NCBI RefSeq assembly: GCF_009834535.1 | Contig: NC_045706.1 | Location: 16,678,001 to 16,742,000 of the forward strand | Length of the DNA: 64,000 nucleotides | Direction of reading: 5' to 3' | Source: Camelus ferus | Taxonomy: Eukaryota | Part shown: positions 38,401-47,195 of the stretch, piece by piece | How positions within the stretch are numbered: position 1 is the first letter of the stretch | How the letters are laid out: each line of letters starts with the position of its first letter | Made by a program: the position numbers and the translations under genes | Notes under the pieces: model-generated | The model's input: only the letters and a program-made list of their open reading frames with translations | The model's database searches: none | What the model was told of the DNA's origin: nothing

Positions 38401-41400
38401 TTTCTTTTCCACTGATATAAATGTGCCCTGGGACATTTCTGAGCACATGTATCATGAGTGCAGCCCTCCTCCCCAGCGTTCTTTGTATGTGCCATGTTGT
38501 GGCCCTGTTGAGGAATCTGTTTTGCATGAACCTTGGTGGGTGGGATAGGAAGGGGTGCGATGGGAGGCGATAGGGTAGATAAGGCTCTCAAGATTGACCT
38601 TGTCTTCACCTGGGTCTTTTTTGAGTTATTTGAATCCATATTCATTTCCTCATCCACCACCTTTATGAACAACATTTACTGTAAGATAAGCTTTTGCAGA
38701 GACATTATCTTGTAAAGAAGAAAACTGGTGGCAGGGGCCTGACAAGCAGCCCTTTGAGGCCTTGCTCCTCTAGAGGGAGACACTAGCTCAGGAGCCCTTT
38801 TTGCAGGTGGTGCCGCATTGGGTGCTCTGCCAGTCAGGTCACAGGTCTCTTCTCAGGCTTTGTCCGTGACTGTGCACTCAAGTTGGTGGGCACATCTTGG
38901 GGCTCACCCCGTGGAGTGAGGCAGGTGATACCATGGAAATTTTGGCAGCTACCTTGTACGATATTTTCTGTCTTTAAAACAAAAATAAATGTAAGACAAT
39001 GCCATTTTACATTGGAATGCCTTTTCTTTTCAGCCCTGCCAGACATTTTACCAAATTTGCCATGAAACAGTAGGCAGGTTTATCCAGTATGGCCTTCTTA
39101 TAGTGGCGGAGGTAAGAGGCCAAGCTTGCCTTTGTTTACCTTTATTTAGTTTTGTGCTTTTCATTTCCCTGTCATTCCTACCAGTTATTTTAACCAGTAA
39201 TTCAATTTGACATATGGTCACCTCCAGATGAGGTGGAGAGAAAATAAGATTGGGGAGACTGAATGTCTTTGGGGATTATTTAATACTTTGGTTCCTTTTG
39301 TGTAATCAGTATTGTCTAAAACATATCTTGACTTGATTCTGTGACATCCAGAAGTCTGCATTCCAGGATGAGTGTGCTTGTAGCTGGCACGTACACATTT
39401 TTCTCTTTTGAGATTTTGTTTTTATTTTGACAGATTTGGTGTAGAGGGTATGGCCTGGGAAAGTGGGCATCAGTTTAGAAGAGGTGATCTGTCTGGTAGC
39501 TTTCCTTTCTTTTCCCCTCCCTCTTCCTTTGTTTTTCCTCCCCTGCTGTCTGCCACGTGATTGTGAGAGTGGAGACGGTAGTGGATTGACGCTGTGAAAG
39601 GCTAGACAGAGGAGAGTAGGGAAGGGAACAAGGGAGGACTGCTTGGTCTGGGGTCCAGCCGGGCGGGTGTCTGTGTGCCTGTGCGTATTTATTTACCGTT
39701 GGTCGTCTCCTTGGCATAGCAAGATGATCAGGAAGATACTAGTCCTGGTCTTGCTGAGCAGCAGTGGGACAAGAAGCTTCCTGAACCTTTGTCTTGGAGA
39801 AGTGATGAAGAAGATGAAGACAGCGATTTTGGTGAGGAGCAGCGAGATTGCTACCTGAAGGTACTTGGGTAGAGAGCCCTGGTGGACATCACAGTGATGA
39901 GTTGATGTTTATGTTGCCACTAGTTCATGAGGTTCTTAGAAACTGGGACTCTGGGAACTTACTTGTATCTAAAACACCCACAAACCAGCTCTGATGCTCT
40001 ACACCCAGTAAAGGTACTCGAGCTGTTTGAATTGAATTAATACCTTAAATTGTTCAGTTTGGGTAGAGATAAGTGGAAAAAGAGACAAGAGTCTGAAGAT
40101 CCAGGGAGATGGACACCGTAGATGACCCCTCTCATGACCCTCTCCTCTGAATGCACAGGTGCAAACCTGTTTGCCCACACCTGCACTCACTCCTGAAGAG
40201 GCGGTAGTCTTGTTCAGTCATCACCGAAGCAGGGGAGCCCCATCCCTGGTACTGGTGAGAAATTCATACTCAGCTGCCATTGGCTGGCTTGCTCTTTTTG
40301 TCATTCTCGGTCTTGCCAACCCTCCCGAAATTTCATATGTGGAGCTCTTTGTATTCAATTAAGCCAGATCTGTCACAGAAGATTTGGATTTTTAAAAGTT
40401 GATTTTCCCTGCTTTAGAAGAATCAATTTTGTCTACTTTGTAATTTTAGAAATTAGTAATAATGACCCATCTTTTCTGAATACCGTAAGTGGATGAGTCA
40501 CTTTGCAGTGGGATAGCATCCCTCATTTACACACACATACACAGTCAGGAGAATTCAGATGACTTTTGGAAGTTTTTCCATTTTGGGTATTATTAGTTTC
40601 AGGATGGGGCGGTGGTCTTGTTTCCACACTCCAGGGGGGCTTATCTGAATGTGAATGTTTTGGGTGGGTGCAGTGAGAGCCCCCACTGCCACAAAGCACC
40701 CCATCACCACCACCCTCTTCCCCACTCTGCAGGACTGTGGGCCAGAGGCTGTGCGGGGTGGCAGGCGGTGAGGGCGGGGAAGGACTGGGATGATCTTGGC
40801 CTGTGGCCTTTTTGCACACGTGAATGACTGTCGAGCCAGACTTCAAACTCTTTAGGGTCCCGCCTCCTGACCAACTATTTTCAGTTATGACAGTATGTCA
40901 TAATTATGTCACTCAAGTATGACAGTTTCTTCTCGGCAGCTGTTCCATGAACACAAACCTCAAATACTGTGGAAGTCAGTGATTACAATAAAGAACGCAT
41001 TTCAAAACCAGCATTCATTCCAGCAGGGACTCTGTGCACACAGAGCAGTAGGCTGTTTCTGTGTGGGGACAGGGGGAGGCAGTCTTCTCAGGTCACTGGT
41101 TCTCCGAGGCTGTCCCTCTGTCCGCAGACCTTGTTCCTTCTGTGCTCCCTGCATGACTGGATCTCCTGCTCTCCCACCCCCAGGTGAGCCAGTCCAAGGA
41201 GCACCAGCAGTTCATCACCTTCTTACAGAGTCTCCTGGGGCCTTTGCTGGAGGCCTACAGCTCCGCTGCCATCTTCATCCACAACTTCAGTGGCCCTGTG
41301 CCGGAGCCTGAGTATCTGCAGAAGCTGCACAGATACCTACTAAGCAGAACAGAAAGGAATGTCGCAGTATATGGTACGTGTGTCCTTGTTTGGCTTCCTT

Positions 41401-43534
41401 TGCAAGCTGTGCCTTTTTGGGTTACAGGAATCTGCTAATTATAGACAACTGGGGAAAAAATTGCAAAATTATCCTGACCTCTAACTCCATAGGTTACTGC
41501 TAATACCTGTTTTGGTACATTATGCAAATTGAAGAATGCAGCTTTATACTTTTATGTCTGGCTTTTTTCACTTAACATTGTGAGATTCATTCACGTTGTT
41601 GCATGTGGCTGCTTGTTTATTCTTCGTGCTTTGTAGTATTCCACTGAGTAAATATTTACTGTGTTCTGTTTATTCATGCCCATCAGTGAAGGCTGTTTGA
41701 GTTTTGCAGTTCAGAGCTACTGTGCGTGGTGCTGCCGTGAACACGTGTGAGTTGTCTTTGGTGGACGTGTAGACTCAGTTATGTGGGGATGTGCAGGAGT
41801 AGAAGTGCCTGGTCACAGGGTGTGGCATGTGGCGTTAGTAGGTGCTGCCAGATGGTCCCCAAGTGGTGAGCCAGTCTGCACTCATGGTGACAGTGTGTGT
41901 TTCAGTTGTCTCCCATCCTGGCTGGCACTTGGTATCGTCTGGTGTGTAAGAGGTGTGATTCGGCTGGGAGCAGCATTTTATACAGTTAAAGTTAGGACTG
42001 AAACTACTTTGAATCAATAATTTTTAGAGCCAAAAGGAATTTAGAGATAATCTATCTCTAGATATTGATCTAGAGAGATCTAGGCTGGTATCACGCCCTT
42101 TCTCTCTCTCCCCAGGTACCATATATGTATATGTGTATGTATATAATACATCTGTATCTCTAGATACACCCCTAGATTGATATCCTCACTTTGTAGCTGA
42201 GGAAACTACCCCAGATCACATAGCTAGTGACAGGGCAACCTGGCTTTAGAGCTTGTTTTTTCTGACCTCTAGACTTGTGCTCTTCCTGGTGCCACTGATG
42301 TAGGAATCATCCACGCAGCACTGTGCAGTTTAAAGGACCTTCTGCACACTGTCTCATTTGATTCTCACAGAAACCCTTCAAGATGGGTGTTCTGGGTATT
42401 TCTCTTTCGCTCCCTCTTCTCTCTGCCTGTCCCTGTCTTCTCTTCCTCCTTCTTGCTCTCCTTATCCCTCTCTCCTCTCTCTTTTTTCCTTAGCAGACGG
42501 CAGAGTAGGTTTAAAGACGAAGCAAGTCCTTTGAGGCCTCACAGGTCACCGGTAGCGGAAGAGGAGCTTGACGCCGGTCGGCGGACCAGCTCTGATCCTC
42601 TCCCCAGCCACCCACACTTTGTTACTGTGGAGACTGGGGGTCTCGTGATTGCCAGGCCTAAACCTTTGACAAGTCTTATTCTTTCTCTACAGCTGAGAGT
42701 GCCACGTATTGTCTTGTGAAGAATGCTGTGAAAATGTTTAAGGATATTGGGGTGAGTGTCCACTGCTTATGGTGTAAAAGCACGTGTTCACTTCTGTCCT
42801 CTTTCCGTGTAGATCTAGTGTGTCTGAGTCACCTTTGTGCTGGGGTGGACCCTGAGCGAAGCTGTGTCTGTGGATTGATCAGGGGGGCATTTCTGGGGAT
42901 TTGGAGGAGATGGGGCCCATCAGCACAGGTTTATTTGAATGTTCAGAGTGTTCCTGGTTTTCATCTTCATTCCAGATGAAGGTGTCATTGTGTTTCAAGA
43001 GTCTACTACAGTTTTAGTGGGGATGTTAATTATGCCATATGACTTTCAGTCCTTTTCTTGTGTTTTTACCAGTATTGCTAGAGGTATCCTCAGGTGTCCT
43101 CCACCTTCACATATCGTTTGGGACATGAGTCCCATGGAGATGCTAGAAGTCTTTGTCAGGGACTGTTTGTGACTTTATTCTAACATAAATTTTAAAAAAC
43201 AGTGCACTGATTGAACTCCACTCAAAACCCCTCATACCTGCCCCCATCACCTCCCCACCTCATACTCTCACACACCTACCTGTACATTTAATTAAAGCCT
43301 GGGTATGGTTTTATGTGTCTTATTGCATTTTGGGGTCTAGGACACAGGACAGGGTTGGTGATGGAAATGACCCCCCCACCCCTTTCAGTTTGTTTTTAAT
43401 CTAAACTTTCTCTCTAGGTTTTCAAAGAGACCAAACAAAAGAGAGTGTCTGTTTTAGAACTCAGCAGCACTTTTCTACCTCAATGCAACCGGCAAAAACT
43501 TCTAGAATACATTCTGAGTTTCGTGGTGCTGTAG
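13787..43534 (+). CDS. GPAM: GPAM / GPAT1, whole spliced CDS: 20 coding exons, 2481 nt, 826 aa
   Basis: Exons assembled by hand; lengths sum to 2481 nt with consistent phases. The translation [15 protein letters not shown]...[11 protein letters not shown] matches mammalian GPAT1 and contains motifs [21 protein letters not shown] and IIPVGISY. Confidence 0.98.
15056..15178 (+). CDS. GPAM: GPAM exon 3 (GECGFRP...PQSW)
   Basis: ag|...|gtaaga; 123 nt; phase 0-0. Confidence 0.97.
16910..17045. mobile_element. MIR
   Basis: gcctcagttttcctatctatgaaatgggga MIR core. Confidence 0.6.
17384..17457 (+). CDS. GPAM: GPAM exon 4 (DKFFNSSIP...THTR)
   Basis: tag|...AG|gtaaaa; 74 nt. Confidence 0.97.
18661..18681. 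repeat. (AC)10 microsatellite
   Basis: Read directly. Confidence 0.95.
19185..19207. repeat. (CAA)n microsatellite
   Basis: Read directly. Confidence 0.9.
19767..19880 (+). CDS. GPAM: GPAM exon 5 (HRGWLARR...LNSSR)
   Basis: cag|...AG|gtaaga; 114 nt. Confidence 0.97.
21641..21787 (+). CDS. GPAM: GPAM exon 6 (VQEAIGEV...SMIR)
   Basis: cag|...AG|gtatta; 147 nt. Confidence 0.97.
23109..23248. other. Assembly gap (140 N)
   Basis: N run. Confidence 1.
24073..24227. other. Assembly gap (155 N)
   Basis: N run. Confidence 1.
25308..25444. other. Assembly gap (137 N)
   Basis: N run. Confidence 1.
25795..25832. repeat. Interrupted (TA)n microsatellite
   Basis: Read directly; about 45 nt upstream of exon 7. 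Confidence 0.9.
25876..25972 (+). CDS. GPAM: GPAM exon 7 (LTGWVLLK...AATE)
   Basis: cag|...GAG|gtaaga; 97 nt. Confidence 0.97.
26170..26360. mobile_element. MIR
   Basis: tttataaatgaggaaataaaggcaca...aaattgtcccgagtcatgg. Confidence 0.6.
26634..26770 (+). CDS. GPAM: GPAM exon 8, catalytic motif I (HRSHID at 26664-26681)
   Basis: tag|...AG|gtgaga; 137 nt. Confidence 0.97.
26784..26977 (-). mobile_element. L1 3'-end fragment right after the exon 8 donor
   Basis: Poly(T) then gaattgaagtatagttgattta...ccctgtgctatacagtaggaccttgttgtttatc. Imperfect TSD ATCA(G/A)CTT. Confidence 0.8.
27290..27990 (-). mobile_element. L2 remnant
   Basis: Purine-rich degenerate sequence resembling an L2 body. Confidence 0.45.
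29574..29673 (+). CDS. GPAM: GPAM exon 9, motif II (GGFFIRR)
   Basis: tag|...GGG|gtatgt; 100 nt. Confidence 0.97.
29963..30175 (+). CDS. GPAM: GPAM exon 10, motifs III (FLEGTRSR) and IV (IIPVGISY)
   Basis: cag|...CTG|gtaaga; 213 nt. Confidence 0.98.
31432..31545 (+). CDS. GPAM: GPAM exon 11 (GKPKKNES...FSLK)
   Basis: tag|...AAG|gtgagt; 114 nt. Confidence 0.97.
32085..32513. mobile_element. 5'-inverted (twin-primed) L1 insertion
   Basis: 32086-32308 is L1 3' region in antisense; 32309-32513 is the L1 terminus in sense with AATAAA 32479 and an A-rich tail. TSD AAGAAGGA at 32077-32084 and 32514-32521. Confidence 0.85.
33122..33207 (+). CDS. GPAM: GPAM exon 12 (EYLESQ...LPSR)
   Basis: cag|...AG|gtaaga; 86 nt. 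Confidence 0.97.
33928..34043 (+). CDS. GPAM: GPAM exon 13 (PINAADEG...HILFT)
   Basis: tag|...A|gtaagt; 116 nt. Confidence 0.96.
34881..34970 (-). mobile_element. tRNA-derived SINE, camelid vic-1-like
   Basis: Minus strand reads GGGGAGGTGGGTATGCTCAGTGGTAGAGCACATGCTTAGCATGCATGAGGTCCTGGGTTCAATCCCCAGAACCTCC plus an A tail; A and B boxes present. Confidence 0.85.
35270..35430. mobile_element. MIR
   Basis: ctcatttcaccaaagggaagctgag...atttgagctcagatttctgact. Confidence 0.55.
35447..35482. repeat. (AC)18 microsatellite
   Basis: Read directly. Confidence 0.95.
35935..36005 (+). CDS. GPAM: GPAM exon 14 (ASKSCAIM...RHRQ)
   Basis: tag|...CAG|gtatgt; 71 nt. Confidence 0.97.
36901..37165 (+). CDS. GPAM: GPAM exon 15 (GIDLSTLV...EAII)
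   Basis: tag|...G|gtatgt; 265 nt. Confidence 0.97.
37743..37879 (+). CDS. GPAM: GPAM exon 16 (ACSLYAVV...TISL)
   Basis: cag|...CTC|gtgagt; 137 nt. Confidence 0.97.
39034..39111 (+). CDS. GPAM: GPAM exon 17 (PCQTFYQ...VAE)
   Basis: cag|...GAG|gtaaga; 78 nt. Confidence 0.97.
39720..39860 (+). CDS. GPAM: GPAM exon 18 (QDDQED...CYLK; acidic patch)
   Basis: tag|...AAG|gtactt; 141 nt. Confidence 0.97.
41184..41373 (+). CDS. GPAM: GPAM exon 19 (VSQSKEH...VAVY)
   Basis: cag|...G|gtacgt; 190 nt. Confidence 0.97.
41520..41960 (-). mobile_element. Old L1M 3' fragment
   Basis: gtctggcttttttcacttaacattgtgagattcattcacgttgttgcatg, typical L1M antisense sequence. Confidence 0.75.
42693..42751 (+). CDS. 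GPAM: GPAM exon 20 (AESATY...KDIG)
   Basis: cag|...GGG|gtgagt; 59 nt. Confidence 0.97.
43418..43534 (+). CDS. GPAM: GPAM exon 21, coding part (VFKETK...FVVL*)
   Basis: tag| acceptor; TAG stop at 43532-43534; 117 nt. Confidence 0.97.
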   Translation, partial: VFKETKQKRVSVLELSSTFLPQCNRQKLLEYILSFVVL

Positions 43535-46500
43535 GTAATGCCTGGCACCTCTGGCAAGTGAAGGGCATGGGATGAGCCCCTCGCAGACTCCAGCCTCTGG
43601 CTTGAGAGCTGAAGGTGCCATCATGGGGTCGGGCCTGACCTGTCCTGATGTGACCTCCTGGAAGACAAGTGCCTTCTCCCCTCCGTGGACCTGTGATCAC
43701 CCCGACTCTGAGATGACACAGCTGCCTATGCGTCACACGCTGGGGGCCTGCGGCCTCCGCTCACAGTTCATAATCAATAGGTTACAAAATGAAATCTCAA
43801 ACAATTATTTTGGAGCTTATTAAAGATTTACACTTTCAGTATAACTGTTAAGGACTAATTACTGTGATGGACACAAAAATGTAGTTGGTTCTAGAGCTGA
43901 ATCCTGTATAGGACACTTAATGTTGTCAGGTAATTTGTTGGTATATTTTCTGATTGATGGTTAATGCTTCCTTTAAAAATAATCGAGTCATCCATTCACT
44001 GTTCTATTTTGGTTTTGTTTTTAGTTTTATCTTTGTCAATCATAGCTGAATTTTAAATGGGAACACGTTTCATCCCAAAGTGCTTTACAAATGAACGGGC
44101 TAATGTACATCACACCCAGGGATCACTGTGCTGTCCTCCGCAGTCAGATTTAGAATGTGTCTAAGAGCTAAGTGAAAACACAATGTTAGTTTAGGTCAGA
44201 AATAGAGATAATGTGACCAAACAGCTAACATCAGGAAATAAATTTGGCTGGCAAAATTCAGGATAAACTTGGCCAGAAAACTGACTTTGAAAACTTTTGC
44301 TTATATAAAAAAAAGTGCCATTGAGTTTTAAATGACCAGCAAGTATTTAGGAACAACTCCTGTTTAATACCTGAACCCCTCCCACCCCTCAGGTAGTGCC
44401 TGCCCCTCGCAGGTACAGCTGTTTCTTGGAGATGGCAGGTGTCCTGCCTCGACTAGCTTGGTCTGATAGACTGCACTGGCACAAAGTGCTCTGGGCGCAG
44501 GCAGGCTGCCCCCCGGGCTCTCGTGCACCACGGGCGGGTTGTGCCCTGCACCTCTTCTGGGTGCCTGGTACCGGCTCAGGTTGGACGGTGTACAACCTGG
44601 GCAGGATGTGTGGGGGCCCTACTGACTGGCAAATCACTGAGGGGCCTGTATAGATTTTTAGCCTCAAGGAAAAACCATGCTTCTTTAAAAAATGTCTGTG
44701 GGCAACATGCCGAAACCCCGAAGCTACATAGTGGCAGGTAATTGTGAAAGGTTGTCTGTTCATAACAGGCAGGTGCCTTTTTGTGAGCAGGGATCATAAT
44801 TGTTAGCTAATTGTGGTAATTATGGTGATTTCTTAAAGATCATGTGATATTAAACATTTGCTAACAGCTTATTATTCCTTCTCTTCTCTCCGTGGTGTTA
44901 GGGAATTAGGAGTTTTTCCTGACGAATGTTGCGGATAGTCTTTGAGTTTAATAGAAGAGTACAGAGAATGAAGTTTGTACTTTCATCAGCTTGGATTATA
45001 AACGCTAGTAGTAGCTCGTGGATATCCTGTGTCTGTTGGGAGAGGGAAGGATCCTGATTGCGATTCACGTTGTAGGAAGTTTTTGAAACTGGAGCAATAA
45101 TGCCATGCCGTTGTGATTTTCTTCCACTCTTTTCAAATTCTGCATTTACAATACACGTTTTCTTTATAGGAACTCATGTACCGTTAAACCATTGTCGGTG
45201 TAGCAGCAGCCCCGGTGGGGAGCTGGATCTTCACCGTGTAGCATCATTCCATTTTCGTAAGCAGGATGGAGCTCTGCATTTGGGGGACACCCAGGCAGGC
45301 TTGTTTAGCTCCCTTTGTGTTCCGTATCTAGGCAAGCAAACATTTCACTAGTCTCTTTTATTCGTCTTCTGAATTATAGATCACTCGGACTCTTTAAGTC
45401 AAGGTTGGGGGATTCTGCCTCCCCGCCTGTGACTTCTGCTAGGAGCTGCTGCTGCACCAGCCTGAGCAGGGAATGATGCTTTTCTGGCTTTGTTTCCCCT
45501 TTCAGTTGGTTTGTTTTCTAGAAATCTAATCAGATGCTTTGGGGAATGCAGTGTATGATTTGCTAGCTCTCTCACCACTTAACTCACTGTGAGAATAAAT
45601 ATGCATGCTGTCTGTAATTAACTGGTGCTTTGAAAACCTTTTTTAAGGAAGAAAAATCTCAACCAAAGTTCTGCTCATCCAGACAAGTTCATCCCTGAGT
45701 TAATTTTAGCACAGCTCACTCTTGAGTGCCTCGTTACTGAACGAACATCCATCCTCACAGCAATGCTTCCAGATAGCACTGTTTTGCTAAAAAATTTATT
45801 TTCATTGTTTTCCAAAAGTGAATGGCTTTCATGTAAGATTAAACAAACTAGGTGCTTGTAAATAATTTATTACAGTTTACTCTGCTGCATTTCTATAAAA
45901 CTGAAATGCATGCCTTCCAGGGGAAGACTGTGAGTTAAGTTAAAAAGCAAACAAAAAGACCCGATTATTAGCAATATGAAACTGCACTCTTTCAAAATGA
46001 GATTGTCCCAAGTAATTCAGAAGAGGGGAAGGGATTTTTGCTGTCAAAATTTTATGAAAAACAAAAGGAAAGAACTAGTGTGTAGAACTAGGAACAGTCT
46101 CATGAAGTCACGAGAGTGAGTGGAGATAATACATCAGGGGTCGATTGCAATGAATGTAAACTTAGACTGTGGAATTTCCAGTCTCAAGGGGAAAAGCATT
46201 TCCCAAAGTTCTCCAGGTAACATGAGTGCTCTGTGAGACATTCGTAGGTGTGCTGTAGAAAAAGTGTTGCTGGTAAAAATAAATTTGCACAGGGATCCAC
46301 TTCCCTAGAAACTCACAGTGCACTTCCGTGCAGTAAGGGCTCAGGGTCTGCCGGTACCGAGCCTGTTCAACCCAGCGTGTCCCAGTCTGTGTGACGCCAG
46401 GGCCTTGTGCCCTCTTGGGGCACCTACAACCTCTCATTAGGCTCACAGAAAATGTTTTCGGAAAAACTATGTTAGGTAGTTCTTTAAGGGGACAAAGCAA

Positions 46501-47195
46501 TAACTACCAGATGGCACAGAGGCAGCATTTGCATGCATTTTGTACAATCAAAAATTGCATTTAATGGATGTATGTTTCCTCTCCTGGAGACAATAAGCAC
46601 AGAAAACTATAAATATAGGTGGTCAGAGCTCTTTCCTTTGGAAAGATCAGCCTTCAGTGATTCTGGGTTTTTCACTGAAAGTAGCGAAATTAACACTAAG
46701 ATTATTAACGGGGGTAGATAACTAAGATTTTAATTCAGATCTGGAAGAAAATATCACACAGTTGAATGCAGATTTTTATCCACAAAGATTTCTAGGGTTT
46801 AGAAATGATAGGACCTACCGCTGAGGTTTATAAGACTTAATTTTGAGGTAAATCTGTTTTTTAAAACACTCTTTTTAGGAACTTGAGACTTGGCATCTGG
46901 CATTTGAGTTTAATACAAACTAATGATTGCATTTGAAAGAGATTTTTGACTTTATTTCTGAACATCTGAAGCTCTGAAATGCCTTGATGGAAGATGTTAA
47001 ACTATTTGCCTGTTGTACAAAGAAATGTTTGATTGTTGTAAAAGATTTACTATAAAGTCCCAGAAAATAACACGGTGTAATGTTGTGAATGAAACTTATT
47101 TGGAAATGTTGATTGATTTTTATGCCTGTTAATATATTGTAAGAAGCACCGAAGTGTAGTTTTGTTTTAATAAACCAAAAAGTGAATATATCCTT
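43535..47195 (+). other. GPAM: GPAM 3'UTR (~3.65 kb; end approximate)
   Basis: Follows the stop codon, lacks recognisable TEs, and ends near AATAAA 47169. Length resembles the long 3'UTR of mammalian GPAM. Confidence 0.7.
47169..47174 (+). terminator. Probable distal polyadenylation signal AATAAA
   Basis: Preceded by several TGTA (CFIm) elements at 47030-47160 and a U-rich stretch; followed by a GU/U-rich sequence. Confidence 0.7.

Noticed and set aside
2864-39941. Scattered STAT5-type GAS sites (2864, 4560, 17919, 21952, 39933)
   Set aside because: TTCN3GAA is expected roughly once per 4 kb; the count is not enriched.
42055-42076. 9-bp inverted repeat TCTCTAGAT-ATTG-ATCTAGAGA
   Set aside because: Short, AT-rich and inside a MIR with simple-sequence expansion; too short for a pre-miRNA.
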